From a candidate division WOR-3 bacterium (GTDB lineage: Bacteria > Hydrothermota > Tepidihabitantia > Tepidihabitantales > Tepidihabitantaceae), in contig CBFGIT010000001.1 in NCBI GenBank assembly GCA_965648905.1, positions 32,001 to 96,000 of the forward strand: a stretch of 64,000 nt of DNA, in the 5' to 3' direction. The notes under the pieces were generated by a model, which saw nothing but the letters and a program-made list of their open reading frames with translations, did no database searches and had not been told where the DNA came from. Positions within the stretch are counted from its first letter, which is position 1. Each line of letters starts with the position of its first letter. Of the stretch, positions 45,163 to 54,383 are shown piece after piece. The translations under genes were made by a program, and so were the position numbers.

Positions 45163-47376
45163 TTGAGGAAGAAACTGTCTGTTCTGTTTGTCCTGTTCGC
45201 CTTGTGCGCGCCGCTTGCCGCGCAATGGGTAAGCATCGGCCCGCACGGCGGCCCGGTCTACTGCGGCACGGTTACGCCCGGAACCCCGCCCGCGCTGTAT
45301 TTGGCCTCGACCAACACCAGCTATCCGCTGCTCAAGTCCACCGACTACGGTGCGACCTGGGCCACAACGACTGCTGCCCTGGCCAATTACCCGAGAATGC
45401 TAGTTTCCCATCCGACCGACCCAAACCGGCTCTACGGTATCGTCAGCAGCACGTTCTACCGCACGACCGACGGCGGCGCGAGCTGGCTCACGTCTTCGCT
45501 CGGCTCGAACACGAACGGCAACGACATCGCCGTCAATCCGCTCAACCCGGATGTCATCTACGTCGTCTGCTACAAGTACGACGGCGCGGCCTGGAAGCCG
45601 ACCGCCGCCAAGAGCACGAACGGCGGGTCCACCTGGGTGACGACCCAGCTCGACACGCTCACCAGCAGCACGATGTACTCCTGTGCGGTTGACCCGGTCG
45701 ACACAAACGTCGTCTACATGGGCGGCTATGTCAACGGCATGACCGCGGTCTACAAGTCGACCGACTGCGGCTCAACCTGGACCCTCTGCACTTTCCCGGC
45801 CAACTACAACTACGTCTATTCGCTGTTCGTCAGCCCGGTTGACCACAACATCGTCTTCGCCGGCGTGCTCTCCGGTATCTGCCGCTCGACCGACGCGGGC
45901 GCGACCTGGACCCGAATGAGCACCGCAAGCTACAACTACCGCATCGTGGCCGCGCCGGATAACCCGGATATCATGTACTCGGCGGCCTACTCAAACGTCT
46001 ACCGCTCGACCAACGGCGGCCTCAACTGGGCGGTCGCGGGCTCTGGTATCCAGGGCACGACGATTCGCACCGTGCTTGCCCCACCGGGCGCTGACGGCAC
46101 GGTTCTTGCCGGTTCGACTGCCGGCATGTTCAAGTCCACCGATTACGGCGCGACCTGGACCGCAGCCAACTCCGGCATTACGATCGGCAAGATCCCGGTC
46201 GTCGCAGTCAACCCGCATGAACCCGCAACCGTTCATGCCGAGTTCACCGACAACGACGTCTTCAAAACGACCGACGACGGCCTGACCTGGACGCCGCAGA
46301 ACACTCCGCTCTCATGCGGCAGTGTCTGCGCCATCGCGTTCGACCGTAACAACTCGCAACGCATCTGGATGCTCGAAGGGTCCGGCTGAGGCACCGCCGA
46401 GCTCTTCAAGAGCACCAACGGCGGCGCCGCTTGGACAACAATCGAAAGCTGGATGAACGACGGCGGTTACATGGCCGTCTCTCCCCACAGCTCTGATATC
46501 ATCTTCTGCGTCGGCAACGTTTACAACTCGGCCTACTTTTTTGCCGTGTCGCATACGTCGGACGGCGCGACGTTTGAACACGACACCATCGCGCTCGGTA
46601 CGCGCGGCTGGACAGTTGCCTTCGACCCGGTTGACCCAAATCGGGTCTATGTCGGTGGCGACTCGGCCTACAGCTACCCGTGCCTGCTTGTCACCACCGA
46701 CTGCGGCACGACCTGGACCATGAGCCGCACCGGGCTGGCCGGCGCGGTCTGGACAATTGCCGTTGACCCGACCGACCCGCAGCGGGTCTACACCGGCACG
46801 AACAACGGGGTATTCCGCTCCACCAACGCCGGCGCAACCTGGTCTGCAACCAGCCTGACCCAGCAGACAAGGTCTCTTGCCGTCGACCCGAACCACCCGG
46901 AGAACATCTTTGCCGGAACCTACGGCCAGGGCGTGTACGCTTCGACCGACCGCGGCGCAACCTGGACCCCGATGAACGAAGGCCTGACCAACCCAAGAAT
47001 CCTCTCCGTGTCGCTGCGGCCGGGCATCGAGAATACGGTCTTTGTCGGCACTGAAGGCGGCTCGGTCTTCCGCACCTCGCTCCCGACCGCCCTGTCCGGA
47101 CCTTCGTGCTTCGGACTTCGGCCTTCGGACTTCACCGTCACGCCCAACCCGCTCAGAGCCGGCCTGGCAACGCTGAAGCTGAGCGGGCAAGCGGCCCGGG
47201 GTCCGGTGACGGTCAGTATCATCGACGTCTCCGGTCGCCTCGTTCATCACTCGTCGCTCATCACTCATCGCTCCGCCATCCCTCTTGACCTGCGTGGCCT
47301 GAGCGCCGGGGTCTACACGGTGCGTTTGACCGCCGGCGGTTGCTCGGTCAGTCAGAAACTCGTACTCCAGCACTAG
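45163..47376 (+). CDS. secreted BNR/Asp-box propeller CTD protein with in-frame TGA at codon 409; putative selenoprotein, 737 aa
   Basis: ORFs 45163-46389 and 46453-47376 share a frame. After the TGA the sequence continues GTAELFKSTNGGAAW, an intact Asp-box. SD AAAGGAG before TTG; CTD only in the 3' part. Confidence 0.8.
46390..46428 (+). promoter_or_regulatory. SECIS-like or read-through stem-loop
   Basis: GGCACCGCCG / CGGCGGCGCC lower stem; GCTCT-TCA-AGAGC upper hairpin starts 11 nt after the TGA. Confidence 0.5.
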
Positions 47377-47403
47377 CTCGAACCGGCACGGGCGCCGACT
47401 CAT

Positions 47404-47429
47404 TCGGGGCGGCCTTCGGGCCGCCCCGA
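47404..47429 (+). terminator. GC hairpin with UUCG tetraloop
   Basis: TCGGGGCGGCCTTCGGGCCGCCCCGA, identical to 26324-26349. Confidence 0.6.
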
Positions 47430-47760
47430 CCCGTCTTGCCAAGACCGGATGCTGGCCCGGCTGTCAAGCTCTGCGCTGACCGCCCCGCTTTCGTCGGTTG
47501 GCTGGTCGCGGCTCGCAGGTTCGCGGCCGGCGTTGTCACTATCGATCGGCGGCTCAGAACTGTCACTGCCACCATCGTCGGCTTGCCCGGCCGGAGCAGT
47601 CCGGCTGGAGCCGTGACGCCACGCCTCACCGCCTGCCGCTGCAGCGCAACTTAGGTTACGGCATGTGGCTCTGAGAATTCCTAGGGACGCGGGCGTGGTC
47701 GCGGTGTCCCGGAATGACAAGTGGCGGCACAAAGGCCGCCACTTGGAGCCTTGCAGCGGA

Positions 47761-50157
47761 CTAGCGCTGGAGCACGAGTTTCTGACTGACCGAGCAACCG
47801 CCGGCGGTCAAACGCACCGTGTAGACCCCAGCGGACAGAGCGCGCAGGTCAAGGGAAAATGACGAAGTCCGAATGACGAATGACGAATGCAGCACGACGC
47901 GGCCGAGGACGTCGACGACCGAAAGCGTCGCGGTCTGGCCGGGCGGGACGTGAGTGTGCAGCAGGGCCTGGCCCCGCACCGGGTTAGTGCCGAGGCGCAA
48001 CAGGACGCGCTCCGGAACCTCGCCGGCCTCGACGCCGACGAGGTCGTCGCGGTAGACGGCCAGCCTGTCCTCGCGGTCGCTGGCAAAGACGCGGTTGTCG
48101 ATGATGTTCCACGCGAAATTGTAGGGGCCACTGAGACCGCCGAGGCTGGCGATGACTGAGTCGGTACGGCAGTCAACGACGTTCACACCGCCCAATGAGC
48201 CGAGATAGAGCTTGTCGTTCCGATCGTTCATCAGCCCGGCCTGGTTGACGCCGGCCAGGATGGTGCGGATGAACGTATTGGTGTTGCAGTCGAGGACAAG
48301 GGTCGAGCTCAGGCGGCACAGGTAGGCTTTGTTGAGCGTGCGGTTCCAGAACAAGGTGTCCACGTCAAAGGCGAGCGTCTCCAGGCGAACCAGGGTGTCG
48401 GCCCGTGAGTCGAAGATGTAGAGCCGGTTGTCGCGGTCATTCGCAACGTAGACCAGCGCGTTGGCGGGGTTGGCAAACATCCTCATGCCGCGGCTCTGTC
48501 TGCCGGCCGGAACCCGCGCAGTCACGGCACAACTGACCGGGTCGATGACGGCAACGGTGGGCGCGGCCGACGAGTACACCCCGCAGTAGAAACGGTTGAC
48601 CGTGGGCTGGTACGCCGCGCATGGCACGTTGTTGCCCAGCTCGATGGTGGCGACGAATGAGTCGCGCAGGCAGTCGTAGACGAAGACCGCACTGGCGTCC
48701 CGCCGCGGGAAGACGAAGACGCGGTTCAGGTCCTGGTGCAACAGCGCAATCGGGTCGTCCACTGCGCCCATCGGCACCGACCGAAGCAGGCTGTCCTGGT
48801 TGCAGTCGATTACCCACAGGCTGCCGCGGTCCGCGATGTAGAGCCGGTTGAGAGCCGGGTTGAGCACCGGATAGGGTCTTGTGTCGACCAGCCCGACCGG
48901 GATGTCTTTGAGCACCTGGTTGTCCGGACCCAGCACCCGCACGATGTCAAGAGTGGGCATCAGAAGATACAGCTTGTTGCCGGCCGGGTTGTGGATGAGA
49001 TTTCGAATCTGGTAGAAGACGTAGTCGATGTACGCCTTGACTGTGTCGCCTGAGCCGTCGATGATGGCAGCGTAGTCGCGGGAGAACGCCGAGTAAAGCT
49101 CGTTGCGCAGGGCCGAGAACTGAACTACTTGCGGCGTACCGCGCGTTGTCGGAATGACGGCGGCAACGGTGTCGGTAGAGTCGACGATGGTCACGTAACG
49201 GTCATCATACGTGCCGAGATAGATACGGCCGTCGGTCGGGCTGCAGGTGATGCTGGTTGCGGCCCAATCCAGTTCGAGTTCGCGGCGAACCGAGTCGGTG
49301 GCTGCGTCCACGATGTTCAGGGAGTAGTCTTCGTACGCCGTTGAGTACAGCCGGTCATAGATTGGGTTGTACACAAGGAGCCGGGTCGGTTCATGGGCCT
49401 CGATTGAACGCAGTAGACGCATGGAGTCCACGTCGACCACGAGTATCTGGAACCCGTCGCCCTGGCCGCAGTAGAGCTTGCGTGCCGAAGGCTTGGCCGC
49501 AAAGCTGTAGACGTTCTCTTCTCCGCCCGAAACGCAGCCGACCAGTGTGTCGGCCGAGCAGTCGAACACGAGCAGGTCTGAGGTGTCGCTGGTCCCGGCG
49601 ACATAGAGCCGGTTGTTCAGCTCTTCCCAGAAGATGCCGGTCGGGTCGTTGTCGAAGTCCAGGCCAGCAATGAGCGTGTCGGCCTCGGCGTCGAATGCGA
49701 CCACCGAAAAAGACTGGGCCGGATTGAACGAGAGGTAGAGCTTGCGCGAGGTCGGACTGTACGCCATGCCGGCAAGAGAGCCGAAGTCTTCGATGTCGAG
49801 AGCACGAACCACGGTATCGGCGCGCGCATCAACGACCAGGATACTGTCGCTGTAGAATCCGCCGAGGTAGACTTTCTCGACGCCCGGGCAGTAGAGGGCA
49901 CGGTCGAACTCGCCCGGGATGAGCGGCAGCTTCTCGCCGGTCGCAGGGTCGAAGCGCAGCGTACCATACGAGAAGTCATTTCGGTTCATGACATACACCC
50001 GACCGGTGAGTGGATTCTCAAGCACCTGCGACGGAGAAAGCAGATAGCCGGTCGAATCGGAGAACTTGATGATGGTGTCGAGCCACTGGGCGTGGACCGG
50101 GAATGGGAGGATGCACCCGAGGAAGAGAGCGAGCACGAAAGCACGAAGTGCTCTCAT
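47761..50157 (-). CDS. YncE/YVTN-like double beta-propeller with T9SS-type CTD
   Basis: Repeated 'NP..NKLY...V.D...D.V' blades; signal peptide; SD GGAGG; tail ..VDVLGR..GVY..KLVLQR. Confidence 0.88.
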   Translation of the reverse strand: MRALRAFVLALFLGCILPFPVHAQWLDTIIKFSDSTGYLLSPSQVLENPLTGRVYVMNRNDFSYGTLRFDPATGEKLPLIPGEFDRALYCPGVEKVYLGGFYSDSILVVDARADTVVRALDIEDFGSLAGMAYSPTSRKLYLSFNPAQSFSVVAFDAEADTLIAGLDFDNDPTGIFWEELNNRLYVAGTSDTSDLLVFDCSADTLVGCVSGGEENVYSFAAKPSARKLYCGQGDGFQILVVDVDSMRLLRSIEAHEPTRLLVYNPIYDRLYSTAYEDYSLNIVDAATDSVRRELELDWAATSITCSPTDGRIYLGTYDDRYVTIVDSTDTVAAVIPTTRGTPQVVQFSALRNELYSAFSRDYAAIIDGSGDTVKAYIDYVFYQIRNLIHNPAGNKLYLLMPTLDIVRVLGPDNQVLKDIPVGLVDTRPYPVLNPALNRLYIADRGSLWVIDCNQDSLLRSVPMGAVDDPIALLHQDLNRVFVFPRRDASAVFVYDCLRDSFVATIELGNNVPCAAYQPTVNRFYCGVYSSAAPTVAVIDPVSCAVTARVPAGRQSRGMRMFANPANALVYVANDRDNRLYIFDSRADTLVRLETLAFDVDTLFWNRTLNKAYLCRLSSTLVLDCNTNTFIRTILAGVNQAGLMNDRNDKLYLGSLGGVNVVDCRTDSVIASLGGLSGPYNFAWNIIDNRVFASDREDRLAVYRDDLVGVEAGEVPERVLLRLGTNPVRGQALLHTHVPPGQTATLSVVDVLGRVVLHSSFVIRTSSFSLDLRALSAGVYTVRLTAGGCSVSQKLVLQR

Positions 50158-50349
50158 AGTGCCTCCAGGTTCTGGCGCGGCACGAGCCGCGTCGCTTGAC
50201 TGAACGCCTGGGCGAGTCCCGGGCGCGGCGGGCTGACGGTCAGAGGCCGGACCGGCCCGGAGTTGCCCCTGTCAACACATAATGATGCCGCCGTTTGTCG
50301 GCATTGTCAATCGGGACGAGTCCGGCGCACGCGGCCCAGGCCAGCATCA

Positions 50350-50377
50350 TTGACTGACCGCAGTCTGCCGGTAGAAT
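50350..50377 (+). promoter_or_regulatory. sigma70-like promoter of the holA-leuS operon, probably leaderless
   Basis: TTGACT-16-TAGAAT, 5 nt before GTG 50383. Confidence 0.7.
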
Positions 50378-50382
50378 GGGCC

Positions 50383-51438
50383 GTGCCTAAGAGTCCAGCC
50401 GGTTCGACCGGTGTCCGCCCGGCCCGCAGTCCTGAGCCGGTGTATGTGCTGCTTGGTGATGACCGCCGGGCGGCAGATGAGTTCATTCAGGAGATGAAGA
50501 AAGCACTGGTCGCGCCCGGGTTCGAGCCTTTTGACCTGGAGGAGTTCCACGCCGAGGACGTCCCGGTCCAGCAGGCGCTGCAGCACATGCGCCAGCCGCC
50601 GGTCGGGTCAGCCCGGCGGCTCGTGGTCATGCGCTCGGCCGACACGCTCGGCAAGTCGGCTCTTACCGAGCTCGTCCGCGGTCTGGCCCGGCTGCCGGCC
50701 GGGTCGTGCACCGCGGTCGTGACGTGCGCGTGGAGCCGGCCCGTGGCCGATGCGCTGGCTGCGGCCGGGCTGGCTCGGTCGGTCGTGAATCTGAAGCCGC
50801 CCCAGGGCAGTGAGCTGGTCAGCCGGGTCAGGAGCTGGGCCACCGGGCTTGGTCTTGACATCGCGCCCGACGCGGTCGGGCTGCTCCTCGAGCTTGCGGG
50901 CAGCGATACGACCCTGCTCTGGGGTGAGCTTGAGAAGCTCGCGACCGCGGTTGAGCCCGGAACCCGAATCGACGCCGCGACGGTCCGGCGACTGGCCGGC
51001 CGGTCGCGCGACTTCGAGCTGAAGGAGTACATCGATAGCCTGGCACAGGGCAAGCCGGCGCGGGCGCTTGCGGTGCTGGCCCGGCTCGAGGCCTGGGGCG
51101 AGCAGCCGCACCAGATTGTCGGCTGGCTCGTCACCAGCCTGCTCCGACGGGCCGAAGACCTGACCCGCGGCCGCGAAGAAGAGCGGCAGGCAGAGCTCAC
51201 CCATGTCCGGCGGATGATGCACCAGCTCTACGACGTCAACCGGGCCCTGCTGTCCGGCCATCCCGAGCCGTTTGTGCTGCTTTCGCTGTTCACGGTCTGT
51301 TCCTGCTGCCTGGACCGCGGGCCGGCCTGCCGGCTGAGCAGCCACGGCAGAGTGCCGGACTTCTGTCTGCGCCGTCAGCAGTGGCGAAGCAGGAGGGGCA
51401 GGCGAGGCAAGAGGCAGAAGGCGGAGTGCCAAGCGTAG
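50383..51438 (+). CDS. holA: DNA polymerase III subunit delta
   Basis: PVYVLLGDD, RRLVV, 'ELEKL', adjacency to leuS. Confidence 0.85.
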   Translation: MPKSPAGSTGVRPARSPEPVYVLLGDDRRAADEFIQEMKKALVAPGFEPFDLEEFHAEDVPVQQALQHMRQPPVGSARRLVVMRSADTLGKSALTELVRGLARLPAGSCTAVVTCAWSRPVADALAAAGLARSVVNLKPPQGSELVSRVRSWATGLGLDIAPDAVGLLLELAGSDTTLLWGELEKLATAVEPGTRIDAATVRRLAGRSRDFELKEYIDSLAQGKPARALAVLARLEAWGEQPHQIVGWLVTSLLRRAEDLTRGREEERQAELTHVRRMMHQLYDVNRALLSGHPEPFVLLSLFTVCSCCLDRGPACRLSSHGRVPDFCLRRQQWRSRRGRRGKRQKAECQA

Positions 51439-51451
51439 AAGGAACCGAAGA

Positions 51452-53962
51452 ATGACCGAATCGGACAAGCCCCGCGCCGTTTACCCGGTGAAGGAGGTCG
51501 AAGCGCGCTGGCAGCGGTACTGGCATGAGCGCGGAGTTTTCCGCACCAACCCGAACCCGGTCCGGAAGTACTACGTGCTCGAGATGTTCATCTATCCTTC
51601 CGGGGACATGCACATGGGCCATGCCCGGAACTACACGATCGGCGACGTCATCGGCCGGTTTCGGAAGATGCAGGGCTATGACGTGCTCCACCCGTTCGGC
51701 TGGGATGCGTTCGGCCTGCCCGCAGAGAACGCGGCGATTGCCCACGGCAACCATCCGGCTGAGTGGACGTTCGCCTCGATCGACCTGTGCAAGCGCAACC
51801 TGAACCTGATGGGCATCGGCTACGACTGGGACCGGGAAGTGACGACCTGTCTGCCCGACTATTACCGCTGGGACCAGTGGCTGTTCCTGCAGTTCTACAA
51901 GCGCGGCCTGGCCTACCGCAAGGAGGCACTGGTCAACTGGTGCCCGAGCTGTCAGACGGTGCTGGCCAACGAGCAGGTGGTCGATGGCCGCTGCTACCGG
52001 AGCACGTGCAGCGCCCCGATTGAGAAACGGAAACTAACCCAGTGGTTCTTTCGGATTACCGACTATGCTGATGAGCTGCTCGCTGACATTGACAAACTCG
52101 AAGGCTGGCCTGAGAGCGTGCGGACGATGCAGCGCAACTGGATCGGCCGGTCTGAGGGGATCGAGGTCGATTTCACGCTCGAAGGCGACGGCCGCAAACT
52201 GCCGATCTTTACGACCCGGCCCGACACGCTCTGGGGTGTGACGTTCATGGCTCTGGCACCGGATGCACCGCTGGCTGAGGAGCTCGTCGCGGGCACGGCG
52301 CGTGAGGCCGAGGCTCGAGAGTTCATCCGCCGGGTGCTCTTGAAGCCTGAGGTCGAGCGCGCCGCCGAGGGCCGGGACAAAGAAGGGTTCTTCACGGGTC
52401 GGTACGCAATCAATCCGGTGAACGGCGAGCGGGTGCCTATTTATATTGCCGATTTCGTGCTCGGCGGCTACGGCACCGGCATGATCATGGCGGTGCCCGG
52501 CCATGACCAGCGCGACTTCGAGTTTGCCCGGAAGTACTCGATTCCCATCAGGGTCGTTATCCAGAACGAGAAAGGCGACCTCGACCCGGCAACGATGGGC
52601 TGTGCCTGGACCGAAGACGGCGTGATGACCAGCTCGGGGCCGTTCGACGGCATGGTTGCGGGCAAAGGCCCGGCCGGAGCCGCGGGCGTCAGCAAAGTGA
52701 TGGACTGGCTTACCGAGAAGAAGCTCGGCCGCCGCACGGTCAACTACCGGCTCAAGGACTGGCTCGTCTCCCGCCAGCGCTACTGGGGTACGCCGATACC
52801 GATGATTCACTGCGCGAAGTGCGGTATCGTGCCGGTACCGGAGCAGGACCTGCCGGTTCTTCTGCCGCCGGATGTCAGAGACTTCAAGCCCAAGGGCACA
52901 TCGGTGCTTGCGTCGGTACCCGAGTTCTACGAAACCGTCTGCCCGCAGTGTCGGGGTCCGGCGCACCGCGACCCGGACACGATGGACACGTTTGTCAACT
53001 CGTCGTGGTACATGGTGCGCTATGCCGACCCGCATAACGACCGACTGCCGTTCTCGAAACCGGCGGCTGATGCCTGGCTGCCGATTGACGAGTACATCGG
53101 CGGGATTGAGCATGCCACCGGCCATCTGATTTTCTTCCGGTTCTTCACCAAGGTGATGGCTGATTTGGGCCTGCTTTCGTGCCGCGAGCCGTGCAGGGTC
53201 CTGCACACCCAAGGGATGGTCGCCTTCAACGGCGTAACGATGTCGAGCTCCAAGAACGTCGGGGTCTGGGTCGGTCCGTTCACCGCCGAGTACGGTGCTG
53301 ATGCAGCGCGACTGGCGGTGCTGTTCGCCGCGCCGCCGGACAAGAATATGGATTGGACCGATGACCTGGTGCGCGGGGTGACGCGGTTTCTTGGCCGGGT
53401 CTGGCGCCTGTTTGAGGAGCACGGCGCGCGGGCGCGGCTTGAGCCGCCGGAGACCGGTCGCTTGGCCGGCGCGGAGCGCGAGCTTTACATCCGGCTGAAC
53501 CGGACCGTCAGACAGGTGACGGCCGATATCGAGTCGTTCCAGTACAACACCGCGATTGCGGCCCAGATGGAGTTTCTGAACGAGCTGGTCGCTTTTCAGG
53601 ACCCGTCTGCGCCGGTCTTCGGCTTTGCCCTCGGCCGGCTGCTGTACCTGCTGGCGCCGTTTGCGCCCCACCTGGCCGAGGAGCTCTATCACCGTCGCCA
53701 TCCGGCCCGGGGCAGCATCTTCGAAGACACATTCCCGGTGCCCGACCCGGAGTTTCTCGCCTTTGACGATGTCGTGATACCGGTGCAGGTCGATGGGAAG
53801 CTGCGCGACCGGGTAACCGTATCCCGAACCGCCGGTGAGCAGGAAGTCAAAGACAAGGCTCTCGCTGCGCCGGGCGTCGTCCCTCACCTCGCCGGCCGGA
53901 CCGTCGTCAAGGTTATCTACGTCAAGGGCCGGATGGTTTCAATCGTCACCCAGGGGAAATAG
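51452..53962 (+). CDS. leuS: leucine--tRNA ligase
   Basis: YPSGDMHMGH (HIGH-like), GWDAFGLPAENAA, SRQRYWGTPIP, YIGGIEHA, TMSSSK (KMSKS-like). Confidence 0.97.
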   Translation: MTESDKPRAVYPVKEVEARWQRYWHERGVFRTNPNPVRKYYVLEMFIYPSGDMHMGHARNYTIGDVIGRFRKMQGYDVLHPFGWDAFGLPAENAAIAHGNHPAEWTFASIDLCKRNLNLMGIGYDWDREVTTCLPDYYRWDQWLFLQFYKRGLAYRKEALVNWCPSCQTVLANEQVVDGRCYRSTCSAPIEKRKLTQWFFRITDYADELLADIDKLEGWPESVRTMQRNWIGRSEGIEVDFTLEGDGRKLPIFTTRPDTLWGVTFMALAPDAPLAEELVAGTAREAEAREFIRRVLLKPEVERAAEGRDKEGFFTGRYAINPVNGERVPIYIADFVLGGYGTGMIMAVPGHDQRDFEFARKYSIPIRVVIQNEKGDLDPATMGCAWTEDGVMTSSGPFDGMVAGKGPAGAAGVSKVMDWLTEKKLGRRTVNYRLKDWLVSRQRYWGTPIPMIHCAKCGIVPVPEQDLPVLLPPDVRDFKPKGTSVLASVPEFYETVCPQCRGPAHRDPDTMDTFVNSSWYMVRYADPHNDRLPFSKPAADAWLPIDEYIGGIEHATGHLIFFRFFTKVMADLGLLSCREPCRVLHTQGMVAFNGVTMSSSKNVGVWVGPFTAEYGADAARLAVLFAAPPDKNMDWTDDLVRGVTRFLGRVWRLFEEHGARARLEPPETGRLAGAERELYIRLNRTVRQVTADIESFQYNTAIAAQMEFLNELVAFQDPSAPVFGFALGRLLYLLAPFAPHLAEELYHRRHPARGSIFEDTFPVPDPEFLAFDDVVIPVQVDGKLRDRVTVSRTAGEQEVKDKALAAPGVVPHLAGRTVVKVIYVKGRMVSIVTQGK

Positions 53963-53963
53963 C

Positions 53964-54374
53964 ATGAGAACCATTTTCTGGCTGCTGATGCTCGGTGTCA
54001 CTGGTCTGCTCGGGTACCTGCTTCACTCATTCATCGAGCACCGTAAGACCCAGGTCGAGTTCTACCGTTATGACGTCAGCGCGGAAGTGATTGCCGGGTA
54101 CGCGGCCAAGGCCGACTCGCTCCGCCAGCAGGCCGACTCGCTCCGGGCGCGGCTGGAAGGCGCGGGTCTGCTCCGGCGCCGGGCAGTCCAGGCCCACCTG
54201 ACCCTGCTTGAGGACGAGATCGTCGCGCTCGAGCGAACGGTCGAGAAGTGGGTGAAATCGAAGCGCAGCCGCAGCGACGTTGACATCGAACGTCAGGTCA
54301 TCCTGCTCTACGGCGAGGCCTCGGCCGCAGCCCAGGCTCTGGCTGCCGATACGCTGCTCGAACGCGAACCATAA
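53964..54374 (+). CDS. hypothetical membrane-anchored coiled-coil protein
   Basis: N-terminal TM segment; paralogous to the next gene. Confidence 0.75.
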   Translation: MRTIFWLLMLGVTGLLGYLLHSFIEHRKTQVEFYRYDVSAEVIAGYAAKADSLRQQADSLRARLEGAGLLRRRAVQAHLTLLEDEIVALERTVEKWVKSKRSRSDVDIERQVILLYGEASAAAQALAADTLLEREP

Positions 54375-54383
54375 GGAAGAGAC

